A DNA stretch of 64,000 nt from Lingula anatina (Eukaryota > Animalia > Brachiopoda): NCBI GenBank assembly GCA_051362555.1, contig CM120640.1, positions 31,143,967 through 31,207,966 of the forward strand, read 5' to 3'. The notes under the pieces were generated by a model. That model searched no databases. It was not told the DNA's origin and worked only from the letters and a program-made list of their open reading frames with translations. This document shows positions 40,514 through 53,400 of this stretch, one piece after another. Made by a program: the position numbers and the translations under genes. The stretch's first letter is position 1; each line of letters begins with the position of its first letter.

Positions 40514-43500
40514 CCCTTAGCAAAATTTTAAGCTTCCCGCACACGGTTTCTGCATATGTGCAGCACATTCACAGTAAGGGTCTCTGCGCACGCGCAGCAC
40601 GCCTCATTTGCATTATATACTGTTTTTTTTATCTTTATGTGAAAATCAACTAGCAAATTTAAGTCAAGATTATACTAGTAGGAGCCATGTTTAAATTACC
40701 ACAACTCTGACGTAGCCCTGCTTATAGATACACACTGAGAAAAATGCCGAAGAAATGTGGAGAAATGAATGGGGTGGAAATGTAATTTTCAGTTCATTCT
40801 CTTCAAAAAGCAGGGGAGTAATGGTGCTTCTCCGAAATTCGTTTCAATATAACATACACAGTAAGATATTAGACCCTGAGGGGAACTTTGTCATCATGGA
40901 CATAACCGTACAAGAAACGCGCCTTTCGCTCGCGGCAATTTATGGACCTAACAGTGACTCACCGGAATTTTTCATAAACATCGAACGGAAACTAAGCGTA
41001 CTTGGAAATACTACGATTATTATCGCCGGTGACTGGAATGTTCCGCTTGATTACTTTAGGGACACGCGAAATTACATGAATAAAAAAAAATGAAAAGTCT
41101 AATGAAACTGTCCAATCACTAATGAATACTTTTGATTTGATTGATACATGGAGAGAGCAACATCCTTACGAAAACAAATATACATGTACGTGGCATGGTC
41201 CTCATCACAAACAAAGTCGCCTAGATTACTTTCTTATCTCGGCTGACTTACAGCAATACTTAGTTGATTCTGACATTGATTTAGCATACCGCTCTGACCA
41301 TTCACCAATATCAATAGAATTTAGATTTATTAATCAGAAAAGAGGCAAAGGGACGTGGAAATTAAATAACAGTCTATTGGGAGACCCAAACTACATCTTG
41401 CTAGTAAAAGAAACGATTACACAAGACTATAGAACAGAAAATACTGTTGAATATCCAGAAACTTTGTATAGTATAAATGATCACTTGCTTTGGGAGATGT
41501 TGAAACTCAAAATAAGAGGCAACTCGATTCGATATCCCACACAGAAAAAGAAAGAGAGAGAAAAGGCTGTAAAAGATCTAGAAGAAAGACTAAAAATCTT
41601 ATATGCTACAACTGGAACAAATTTGGATAAGGGTGAAATATTTAAGGTGGAATCAGAATTTAAAGAGTTAAGAGAATAAAGAATAAAGGGTATAATAATG
41701 AGAACAAAAGCGAAGTGGAAAGTAGAGGGTGAAAAAAGTACGAAAAGTAAGAAAAACGAAACTATGTTGATAAAAGCATTCCTAAACTTATACTTAAAAA
41801 TGGAACCGAAATTAAAGCAATTGAGGATATTGTTAATGAACAGAAAAGATACTATGCAGATTTATACTCCTCAAAAGGTACTAAAATCATTAAAAAATAT
41901 TCTGACATTTTCTTTAACGATAAAAATCCCTATATCACTAAACTTTCGCGAGAAAATGAAAATATAGATGCGAACATCACAGAACAAGAATGCCTAGCCG
42001 CTTTGAAACAAATGCCAAACGGTAAATTTCCAGGAATTGACGGTTTCACCGCTGAATTTTATAAGATGTTTTGGCCTGACATAAAACACTATTTACTACG
42101 ATCGTTTCGATACTCATACGAAATACAAAGCATGTCCATATCGCAAAGACAAGGACTGATAACATGTCTACCGAAGGGGAGAAAAAGAAAGAATAATTAA
42201 ATAATTGGAGACCTATAAGTTTATTAAACGTCGACTATAAAATTGCATCCGCATGTATCGCAAACAAAATAAAACCATTTCTCAGTCGAATTATAAGTGA
42301 AACGCAGTTGGGATTTCTAAAAGGCCGATATATTGGGGAGTGCACTCGGTTGGTGAACGACTTGATAGAAAAAACTGAAAAAGAAAACATATCCAGAGTT
42401 TTACTACTACTTGACATGGAAAAAGCTTTCGATTCTTTGGAATGGGTTTTCATTGAAAAAACAATTCACTTTAATAATTTTGGGGAAGAAATAGTAAGAT
42501 GGTTTAGAACACTATATAAGGATATTTCAAGTTCAATTCAAAATAACGGACACTTGTCCAAATTCTTTGATATCAAAAGAGGAGTAAGACAAGGGGACCC
42601 TCTGTCCCCATATCTATTTATCTTATCATTGGAATTACTCAGTTCGGCACTAAAGCATGAGCAAGAAATAAAAGGAATTACTATCGAGGGAAATGAATAT
42701 CCACTAAGTCAGTACGCAGACGACACTACGGTTATATAAAGTGATGACAGAGTTTTGCTGGAAAAACTATGGAGATCATAACCTTATTTTTAGAATGTTC
42801 TGGACTATGCACCAATTTTAATAAAACTGAGGCAGTTTGGATTGGATCAAAAAGGGGGGAAAGGGAAACAATAAAAACCAAACCAGAACTAAAATGGAAT
42901 CTTGAAGGAAAATTCAAGCTCCTAGGTATAAAATACGACTTGTCCAAAGAAGATATATACCATGAAAACTTCTCTGAAAAATTTCATAAATACAAAAAAG
43001 TACTCGATGATTGGTCCTTTAGAAGTTTATCCTTGATACGTAAAATAGTAGTAGTACGAACGATTGCTATGCCACTGCTAATACAAATGCTCACAGTTTT
43101 ACCAAATCCCGAGGAAAGCTTCTTCAAGGAATTAGAAAAAATTACTTTTGCTTTTGGGGAAGCGCAATTGATAAAGTAAAAAGATCAACCATGAAAAGAA
43201 ATTACGAAGAGGGGGGACTGCGCGCTCCTGACTTTAGGCTTTTAACAAAATCCCTAAAAATTACGTGGGTAAAAAAGTATCTAAATGATAATCATAGCAG
43301 CGCATGGAAAGTACTTTTGAAGAAAAACCTAGAAAAAATTGGGGGACGTAATTTTTGGTATCTCACGAAAAATGGCCTTTCACAAACAAAATTTATTTTC
43401 AATCCATTTTGGAAAAACGTTATTTCTGCATGGGCAGAATTACAAGAGAGCCCCACAGAGTCGACAAGCGACATTTTATCACGACCTATTTGGTAAAACG

Positions 43501-45535
43501 AAAGCGTGAGAATTAATGATGTCCCCTATTATTGGAAAAGGTGGTGTGATAAAGGTGTCTTTTTTATATGCGATTTGATTAATGCCTTAGGCGAGTTTTA
43601 CACTATAGATGAGATCAATGCAAAATATCAATCTAACTTTAACTTTCTTGAACACTTAAGTATAAGAAACTCCGTACCACAAAATTGGAGAAAACTAATT
43701 AAGGCATATGGTCATAACATAACAGAAGCTAAAAACGAAAACATTTCACTGATTCAAATGAATGAAGTATCACAGGTATTTTATAAATTGTTCCTTAAAA
43801 AGACGTGCCCCAGATTTCAAAATCGCTGGGAGTCCACTCTGCATTATCATAGCGACGATGATATATGGGGGGGGGGGGGGGGGGGGGGGGGGGCGATTTT
43901 TGGGGCACCGTTTGAACAAACCGACGATACTCGACTACAAGCCCTCCAGTTTAAAATTAACCACAAGATTTTTTGTACAAATTCTTTTCTATACAAAAGC
44001 AAACGAAGGGAGTCAGCAGAATGTACCTTTTGTCATTTGTCAAAAGAAACACTGAAACACTTATTTTGGGACTGTGTCCATGTGCAAAATATTTGGACAT
44101 GTTTGGTCAGAAGTTTGAAAAAACATTGCGGACCCACGATAGAAAGAAAACTAGAATATTTTGTACTGGGTACTCTGAATAAGCAATTGCCCGGTATATA
44201 TCTTGTCATCCTTTTAATTAAAAATATATTACTCTTTGTAGGACAAAACTGGAAATCCCAAACTGGAAAAGCACAAAAACATTTATAAAATCATATAGAG
44301 ATATAGACATGTATTCCAATTATTTACGGACTGAGAAAAAAAGATTAGAAATTACAGAGAAATGGGAGAACGTGAAGCTAATTTTCGAAAATTAGAACAT
44401 GTGGGGTTTCCCATTTCGTCCATTGTAAATGTAATTTATATTAAGTCTACACTTTGTTTCTTTTTTCTTCACACTAGTATTTTTATATATTCATATATTT
44501 ATTTTATTACGGCTCAAAAAAAGCCTTGTATCCTAGACTTATTAGCCTATTGTCTACCTTTCTGTAAACAGTGGTTGTAAAAAGTGATAGTATACTACAT
44601 TTTTATTTTTTAAACCTTGATAGAAATGACAAAGTCACAATGATAATACTATGTAGTTGCTCCAAATGTGAGAGGCATGTGTGCGTGTATGGGAGTGAGA
44701 GGTTTAGTTAATTATCCTAGTTATTATTTAGTGTATTATTGGTATATTCTGGAAAAAAAAATTACCACAACCCTAGATTTCATGACCGTTTTTGATACAT
44801 CCTAATAATAATCTTTTTTATGGCGGGCATGGCATTGCAAAAGTTGTGATTTAGTGAATGAGTAAAAAGGGTTAATTACTACACATTTTTCTATTAGATG
44901 TTGTTAAACTTATATTGCCCTTGACTTATTCTCATACTTTGAGTGAGGTAAACACCATAGTTTGTCAGAACAAAACAATTTATAACAAGCTTTACATAAT
45001 GTAATTGATTTGTTTGTTCCACATATTAAATAATTGGTACATATTAAATAATCAAATGATAAGGTTTTTACTCTTAAATAGCATACCTAGATAAAATTGA
45101 AAGCTTGCTGTTCACTCAACTCACACAACTTAAAATTTCTAAGTTTCCTGTACACTTGTTGCACACTCCTAATGAAATTATAAGTTTATTGCACACTTTC
45201 TGCACACGCTTGTTAAAAAACCAAGTGTCTTGCACATTTTCTGCTCACTCATGACTGAAAAATTACATTTTCTGCACACTTGTTGCATACTCTTGATCAA
45301 ATTTTAAGGTTATTGCACACTCTTTGCATGCTTCTATTGAAATACCAAGTCTCTTGCATACTTTCTGCACACTATCTGTATTATGGAAATGTGCAGTGGG
45401 TGTGCAGCAAGAAAGAATTTTTATCGCACACTTCTGCACACTCCCCAAAGTTGTCTACTGCACACTCTAGAGTGTGCCACACATGTGCAGTACATTTGCA
45501 GCACATGTACTGTACACTTTTCATTTTGCTAAGGA
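40514..45535. mobile_element. EnSpm/CMC-like non-autonomous DNA element split by the LINE
   Basis: TIR CCCTTAGCAAAAT / ATTTTGCTAAGGA, 2-bp AT on both sides, and many TGCACAC subterminal repeats (45150-45520). Confidence 0.6.
40706..44758 (+). mobile_element. 5'-truncated L1/Tx1-clade non-LTR retrotransposon (disrupted ORF2)
   Basis: APE endonuclease motifs (AIYGPN, AGDWNVPL, SRLDYFLIS, SDHSPI), reverse transcriptase motifs (PGIDGFTAEFY, LDMEKAFD, GVRQGDPLSPYLF, YADD) and a C-terminal CTFC..ETLKHLFWDC. A-tail and 13-bp TSD AAATTACCACAAC at 40693-40705 and 44759-44771; many stops and frameshifts. Confidence 0.95.
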
Positions 45536-46520
45536 ATGAGAAATGCCTCTAAAACATAGACAGTAAAGATGATGCCAATCCCACATATTCAGTTGTGAAG
45601 TAGATATCAAAACTAACTCAAGATTTTTGTGAAGTTCTATATTTTATTACATATACTGCAATTATTACAGTCAACATTCAGTTTAAATTTATTTGACATT
45701 ATGGAAAGATTTAGTGGGTAAACATGAAAACATACCATTAGGTGTATGGAAATTCCTGAATAATCATTGGAGGATGAAGACTTAAATTAAGTTGCTGCCT
45801 TATTCATTACATGGTTGCAAAAACTTTTGGTAGCCTATAAGTTCAAATTAAATCTTCGTCATAGAGCATTGAGAGCATAAAAAAATTATAACATGTATAA
45901 ACAAATATGGACACTTCGTAAGTCAACCTGTAAATGCTAGAGGTTTATCAGGCCTACTGGTAGCAGGAGTGGTTCATAACATCTTTAAAATATTATTTTC
46001 AATAACTAGCAATAATGTAAGTAACAATTTTTTTCTCACGCACTTGCCTTGAAACATTCGTTTTCAATGGTGTGGTAATGAGCTGCTGGAAGGCTGTCTA
46101 CTTCTGTTAGAAAGTATTCCTAAACAGGCGTATGCCATTGGAGCTTTTCATCTTGGAAAGTTGCCATTATCCTTTGGTCATCTGGTGTAGCTATACTATA
46201 GCCTAAAAATCAAATTGTATGTTTACCAAAAAAACTCTGAAAGGAAATGGAATTGAACCTTGCAAAATGAAATAATTAAAGTACTAGTATGTGCAGTACA
46301 TGCTGGGATTTTACGACTCCCAACTAGCACGACAGTTGTCCTATTTTGTGAAAGTCGGTTGCAGCGTGAATAGGGGTAGGGATTTTTTTAAATTGCATTT
46401 GTCATCACACACCGGGGTTATGACACCTTTAATTGTTTATGTAATAATATATTTACTCCAAGTAGAAATGGAAAATATTTGGTTTCTTGCTCCCCTCTTC
46501 CCCACTTACAGTTTACTAAC

Positions 46521-49500
46521 CTTGTTTTAATCCAGGAGTGTGAACAAGCAGGTTAAGGTCTGAAGAGAGGCTGGCTGTCTATCCCCAAAGTGTAGTCAAG
46601 ACTCAATGGTAAGTACTATGTTGTAGAAGTGGGCTGTCTCATGCATGTGACAAAGAATCTGATGTTTCTGATGAATCTGATGAAGGAGCGCAGTCGAAGT
46701 CCAATACGAGGCACTCATCATCTTCAATGCCCTGTAAACAGAAATAAAAACAGGATTAGTTTTTTTCACTTCTCCTACCCCCTCACCCACAACAAGAAAA
46801 TTTACTTACCTTAACATGCAGTCAAAGTCCGAGGAGAGTCGTTCATCATCCTGTAAAAAGAAATAAAAATGAGATTAGATTACTTTTTAAGTTTACTAAC
46901 CTGAAGTTGTTCATTCGTGGATTGTAGTCAAATTCCGACAGGAGGCACTCATAATCTTCAATGCCATGTAAACAGAAATAAAAACAAGATTAGATTTCTT
47001 TCACTTCTTCTACTGCCCTACAAAAAGGTTTATTAACCTGAAGTAGTTCATCCGAAGAATGTAGTCAATGTCCAATGTCGAGTGGAGTGCTCATCATCTG
47101 TTCTGTACAAAGAAATATAAACAAGATTACATTTTTTCAATTTTCAATGTATCTGTAAAAAGAAAAAAAATAGATTTTTTTCAATTTAATTTACCTATTT
47201 CCCCCAAAATGTAAAATTTACTAACCTTTAATTGGTGATAAGAAGAGTAGTCAATGTCCGAATGGAGGCGCTCATCATCTTCTATGTCCCGTAAAAAGAA
47301 ATAAGTACGAGATTAGGTTCTTTTTTTCAATTTACCTATCCCCCCTAAAAAGTTTACTAACTTCAAGTTGTTGATAACAAGAGTACGTATTCAATGTCTG
47401 ACTGGAGGCACTCATCATCTTCTTTGTCCTGTAAAGAGAAATAAAAAACTAGATTAGATTTTTTCAATTTACCTATCCCTCCCAAAAATATAAACTTTAC
47501 TAACCTTAAATTGTTCATCCGAAGAGTAGTTATGTTCAAATTGAGGCACTCATCATCTTCTATGTCCTGTAAAAAGAAATAAATACGAGATTAGATTTTT
47601 TTTCAATTTACCCAGCCCACCACCCCAAAAAAATTAAATTTACTAACCTTAGCTTGGATCCAAAAGTGAAGTCCATGTCCGGGTGTGGTCGCTCATCATC
47701 ATCTATGTCCTGTAAAAAGAAATAAAAAACTAGATTAGATTTTTTCAATTTACCTATCCCTCCCAAAAATATAAACTTTACTAACCTTAAATTGTTCATC
47801 CGAAGAGTAGTTATGTTCAAATTGAGGCACTCATCATCTTCTATGTCCTGTAAAAAGAAATAAATACGAGATTAGATTTTTTTTCAATTTACCCATCCCG
47901 CCACCCCCCAAAAAATGAAATTTACTAACCTTAGCTTGGATCCAAGAGTGAAGTCCATGTCCGGGTGGGGTCGCTCATCACCTTCTTTGTCCTGTAAAAA
48001 GAAATGAAAAACAAGATTAGATTTTTTTCAATTTACCCATCCCGCCACCCCCCAAAAAATGAAATTTACTAACCTTAGCTTGGATCCAAGAGTGAAGTCA
48101 ATGTCCGGGTGGGGTCACTCATCATCTTCTTTGTCCTGTAAAAAGAAATGAAAAACAAAATAAGATTTTTTCAATTTACCCATCCCACCACCCCCAAAAA
48201 ATAAAATTTACTAACCTAAGCTTGGATCCAAGAGTGAATCCATGTCCGAGTGGGGTCGCTCATCATCTTCTATGTCCTGTAAAAAGAAATAAATACGAGA
48301 TTAGATTTTTTTACACATCCCTCCACCCTAAAAAAAATGAAATTTACTAACCTTAGCTTGGATCCAAAAGTGAAGTTTATGTCCGGGTGGGGTCGCTCAT
48401 CATCTTCTTTGTCCTGTAAAAAGAAATGAAAAACAAGATTAGATTTTTTCAATTTACCTATCCTTCCCCAAAATATAAAATTTACTAACCTTGAATTGTT
48501 GATCCGAAGAGTAGTTATGTTCAAATTGAGGCACTCATTATCTTCTATGTCCTGTAAAAAGAAATTAATACGAGATTAGATTTTCTTCAATTTACACATC
48601 CCACCACCCCCAAAAAAATTAAAAGTACTAACCTTAGCTTGGATCCAAGAGTGAATCCATGTCCGGGTGGGGTCGCTCATCATCTTCTTTGTCCTGTAAA
48701 AAAAAAAAAAAATTAAAAACAAGATTAGATTTTTTTCAATTTACCCATCCCACCACCCCAAAAAAAATAAAAATAAAATTAACCAACCTTAGGTTGTATC
48801 CAAGAGTGAAGTCAATGTCCGGGTTGGGGTCGCTCATCATCTTCTTTGTCCTGTAAAAAGAAATGAAAAACAAGATTAGATTTTTTCAATTTACCCATCC
48901 CACCACCCCAAAGAAATAAAATTTACTAACCTTAGCTTGGATCCAAAAGTGAATCCATGTCCGGGTGGGGTCGCTCATCATCTTCTATGTCCTGTAAAAA
49001 GAAATAAATAAGAGATTAGATTTTTTTAAAATTTACACATCCCACCACCCCAAAAAAATGAAATTTACTAACCTTAGCTTGGATCCAAAAGTGAAGTCCA
49101 TGTCCGGGTGGGGTCGCTCATCACCTTCTTTGTCCTGTAAAAAGAAATGAAAAACAAGATTAGATTTTTTTCAATTTACCCATCCCGCCACCCCCCAAAA
49201 AATGAAATTTACTAACCTTAGCTTGGATCTAAGAGTGAAGTCAATGTCCGGGTGGGGTCACTCATCATCTTCTTTGTCCTGTAAAAAGAAATGAAAAACA
49301 AAATAAGATTTTTTCAATTTACCCATCCCACCACCCCCAAAAAATAAAATTTACTAACCTTAGCTTGGATCCAAGAGTGAATCCATGTCCGAGTGGGGTC
49401 GCTCATCATCTTCTATGTCCTGTAAAAAGAAATAAATACGAGATTAGATTTTTTTACACATCCCTCCACCCTAAAAAAAATGAAATTTACTAACCTTAGC

Positions 49501-50180
49501 TTGGATCCAAAAGTGAAGTTTATGTCCGGGTGGGGTCGCTCATCATCTTCTTTGTCCTGTAAAAAGAAATGAAAAACAAGATTAGATTTTTTCAATTTAC
49601 CTATCCTTCCCCAAAATATAAAATTTACTAACCTTGAATTGTTGATCCGAAGAGTAGTTATGTTCAAATTGAGGCACTCATTATCTTCTATGTCCTGTAA
49701 AAAGAAATTAATACGAGATTAGATTTTTTTCAATTTACACATCCCACCACCCCCCAAAAAATTAAAAGTACTAACCTTAGCTTGGATCCAAGAGTGAATC
49801 CATGTCCGGCTGGGGTCGCTCATCATCTTCTTTGTCCTGTAAAAAAAAAATTAAAAACAAGATTAGATTTTTTCAATTTACCCATCCCACCACCCCAAAA
49901 AAAATAAAAATAAAATTTACCAACCTTAGGTTGTATCCAAGAGTGAAGTCAATGTCCGGGTGGGGTCGCTCATCATCTTCTTTGTCCTGTAAAAAGAAAT
50001 GAAAAACAAGATTAGATTTTTTCAATTTACCCATCCCACCACCCCAAAGAAATAAAATTTACTAACCTTAGCTTGGATCCAAGAGTGAAGTCCATGTCCG
50101 GGTGGGGTCGCTCATCATCTTCTTTGTCCTGTAAAAAGAATTGAAAAACAACATTAATTTTTATCAATTTACCCATCCCA
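46521..50180 (-). repeat. Tandem array of ~25 exon+intron units (~140 bp) with a 1143-bp higher-order repeat
   Basis: Minus-strand unit: GTTAGTAAAT...G-runs...AATCTAATC...TTTTCATTTCTTTTTACAG|GACAAAGAAGATGATGAGCGACCCCACCCGGACATGGACTTCACTCTTGGATCCAAGCTAAG|GTTAGT. ORFs 48270-48524 and 49413-49667 have identical translations at an offset of 1143. Confidence 0.92.
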
Positions 50181-50237
50181 CCACCACATGTGTCTGTACA
50201 TAAAAACAATACACAAAAAGGTGTTAGAAGAGCCTTA

Positions 50238-50452
50238 GGCTGTATTCCCAGAGCTTTTAGATCGATCTATCCCCGCGGGGAGTCTCACTAGATTACTGTC
50301 AGATAATCCGGCTTAAATGTCCGTCCAGTCTACTACAAGCTGTAAGGGGGTAATTAACTTTCGTGTCCGCTCGGCTGACAGCTATTTAGCGTGAACCCCC
50401 AGGGAGTTAGGTCGATCTAAAGTAGATCGATCTCATCTCTGGAAATGGGGTC
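50238..50452. mobile_element. PIF/Harbinger-type MITE with TTA TSD
   Basis: AGCCTTA[GGCTGTATTCCCAGAG...CTCTGGAAATGGGGTC]TTAGAAGAGAAACACG; the uninterrupted site AGCCTTAGAAGAGAAACACG is present at ~50606. Confidence 0.9.
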
Positions 50453-53400
50453 TTAGAAGAGAAACACGACAACCAAACAAGCGTGACCTAAATGGAACAT
50501 ATGAAGGTTTTGGTTCGCATGGATTGAAGGGTCGAATTCACAGAAGCACACCCTGGGGAAAAGACACAATACACACTCACTCACACTTGAGAGAAAATGC
50601 ACATCAGCCTTAGAAGAGAAACACGACAACCAAACAAGCGTGACCTAAATGGGGCATATGAAGGTTTTGATTCTAGCCTCAAAGGCCATTCAACTTTCAA
50701 GAACGACCTAGAAACATGGGCGTAAGAGGAATATGACAGAAATGAAAAGAGAGTATGACATGGTGGCACTAACCCATCTCCAGTAGCTTGGATTTCAGTC
50801 CATTTACGATTAATTTTTCTGCGGCGGTTATTCGAGGTCCGAGCTAAGAGCTGAGTGTTATTTGTACATGTACATTTCCCAGAGCGAAGAGTTCGCATGG
50901 ATTGAAGGGTCGAATTCACAGAAGCACACCATTACATGGGGAAAAGACGAAACATTCGATGTTTTGTGCTAGTTAAGATGCATTGGCGTAGGATCACATG
51001 AGATTTGAAGGCAGTTGCCTGAAGAAAATCGCTCTCACTTCGCGTCCTTTGTACTCCTCTGGAGTGAAACGCAACATGTCCATCCCGCTTCACAATTGCC
51101 CGCTCTTCCAATCTTAGATTGTCGACTGGGGGCGTTGCTGTCGCCAGCATCCTGTCAGTTTGAACGCGGGGGTGTCGTATGAGAATGAGGCCCAAATTTC
51201 ATTATTGCATTGTATATGCACCTACGTTTGAAATGCATTCAGTGTTTTTATACCTAAACTTTTTTGTTTAAAAAAAAACGCGCATTTACCTCGGAGGGAA
51301 GAATCAATGTACGGCTATAATAGTTTTTGGAGGGAAACCACGCATGCCTCTCCCCCAATTATTATTGACAGTGTCCTTGCATCATGTTGACATGATATCA
51401 ACCTGAAGTTTATAAACCTGCACCAGGCAATCATTGGACGACCTTGTCCGCTTGCACTGGAACACTTATTCACAATATACACTGATCCACAATGCACTTT
51501 GAAGAAACTTTCATTTCATTTCTTGTTTCACAGATGATGATAATAAAAATAAAGTGATAATACATTTTTGCTATAAATATTTATGTGGAGTTGTCCAGTT
51601 TTTTTGGTAGCATTAATTTTCGAAAGAGAAAGGATAACGAAAGTATAATATACTTGGTGTGATTTAATGTTTTTGTTACTTTTTACATTTGCTTAAATAT
51701 TGTAAATACTTCTTATATTTGCTTGAAAGAAGATGGCATGCAGGGCTCCATAGTCCCCCTTTTCACTGTTCAGAACTGGTTCAGTGGCATGGTTTTAAAA
51801 AACTTTCGTGTGTGTGTGTGTGGGGGGGGGGGGGGAGGTAGGGAGTTACCTCCTTCAGCTCCTGTGATCTTTTATGTTGTTTAATTACCCAAATTAACAG
51901 GTCTGCAGACGGAAAGGGGGGAGGGGGGCGAACCCCAGAAGAAGGTTGTTTGCTCAGGGCAAAGCATATTTTAAAACAGTTTAAATAAGTTATACATCAT
52001 AAGTTCGAACTTAATATTTCCCCACTCTTTAGATATTTACATTTCACTGGAGAAATAAATGGAGATTGATAATTAAAATGGCCTTAATTGCTAAAAATAG
52101 TTCCCCCTCGATTTTAATGTACAAACACTGTAAGTCACTTACCCAAATCTTGGAAGTTATTTTTCCCGTTTTCGACCGCGTGAGCGGTGTGACCTGACCT
52201 CCCAGGCCCGTAGCCAGGGGGGGTTGGGGTTCAGGGGATTCGAAAGAACCGCCTCTTTTGCTGGGAAAAGGTCCACTCTGGGTAAAATTTGATCTAGGTA
52301 CATGAAGTTTTTATGGGAAAAGGTCCACTGTTTTCTATTGCACCAAGTAATTGAACAAAATGAAACTTTTGGACCATTTTTCTGGGGAACATACGTTACC
52401 TAGTATTAGCCATGACACGAAGTCCCTTGGGTTACAGTTAAAATATTTATAAAAAACATCCTAACGTCATGTATAATTCACCATGACTGAATCACTACAA
52501 AATATATCGGAACGCGGTATAAAAATTAAAATTAAATTACCCGGAACATACGTTACCGTACGTTTTTGGAACATACGTTACTATTTAGGGCTCTTTGCGT
52601 AAAGACGCGGTAAAAATTAAAATTGAATTTAAATTGTGGCAGTCGTGGATTTTCGTTGCACATATTATATTAAAAAATTGACTAAAACTTTGACACTTCA
52701 GCATGTAAAATGCACCTCTATGTGGAGTTTGGGTGAATACGATAGCGAAATTTTACATTTCTATGTACACGCCCGTAACCAGCAATTTCAAAAGGGGATC
52801 TTTTACCAGAAAAAACTTCGTGAACCTGGATCATATTTTACCCTTTTTTTCCCCGCCAAAAGGCCGGTTCGTTCGTACCCCCTACCCCTCTTTCCAGCCT
52901 GATACTACAGTAGCTGCAATGAGAATACCAGCACATACGCGAAATATTACTAAATTGTACATGAATTTGATTTGTGTCGCGTCTGGTATTATTTCAGATC
53001 ATTTTCAATAAGAGATCTACACACTGACAAGAAAATATCAGGTTATGAAAATACTCCATGTGCCGACTCAAATTAGGAAAATAGTTAATAATTTAAAGTG
53101 GTAGAAAATTTACTCTGAAGATGATTTAATATTTGATTTTCAAATTCTGTACTTGAAGTAATTTTTTGCTCAGATAATAGATTGGGAATTAAAATATGAA
53201 GCTTTTAGTTTAGCATAGTGCTAGGTTGCGGTAGATACTGCTTTATAAAATTGAAATTTGAATTAAAACAAACTACCTGACTGGATAAGTTTATATTTTT
53301 GCAAGATTCCCGGTAAGAGCTACGACTTGATATACAGATACTTGGCCCCAAGTTGGAATTATTAGTACTGCAGGGTACTGCGAGGCGTGGAACGCAGTTT

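Larger units (their letters stand above)
46040..52190 (-). ncRNA. Putative multi-exon transcript (lncRNA or decayed gene) hosting the exon array
   Basis: Strong minus-strand donors at ~52142 (TGG|GTAAGT) and ~51288 (GAG|GTAAAT) upstream of the array; exon 46731-46521 and an acceptor at ~46203 downstream. No long spliced ORF found. Confidence 0.4.

Noticed and set aside
43867-43893. Poly-Gly insert in LINE ORF2 and other long G/C or A runs
   Set aside because: Homopolymer expansion or sequencing artefact with no functional evidence.
47500-50130. Neuropeptide precursor repeats (acidic spacer plus basic residues)
   Set aside because: No consistent KR/RR or G-K/R amidation sites, no signal peptide found, and the canonical donor breaks the frame between units.
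46700-50180. CRISPR-like repeat/spacer array
   Set aside because: Eukaryotic context, no cas genes, and the variable parts are homologous to each other rather than unique spacers.
47608-50209. Unspliced ORFs such as MNITTLRINNSRLVNF...
   Set aside because: They read through intron-like segments (poly-F/K from T and A tracts) and are not real CDSs.
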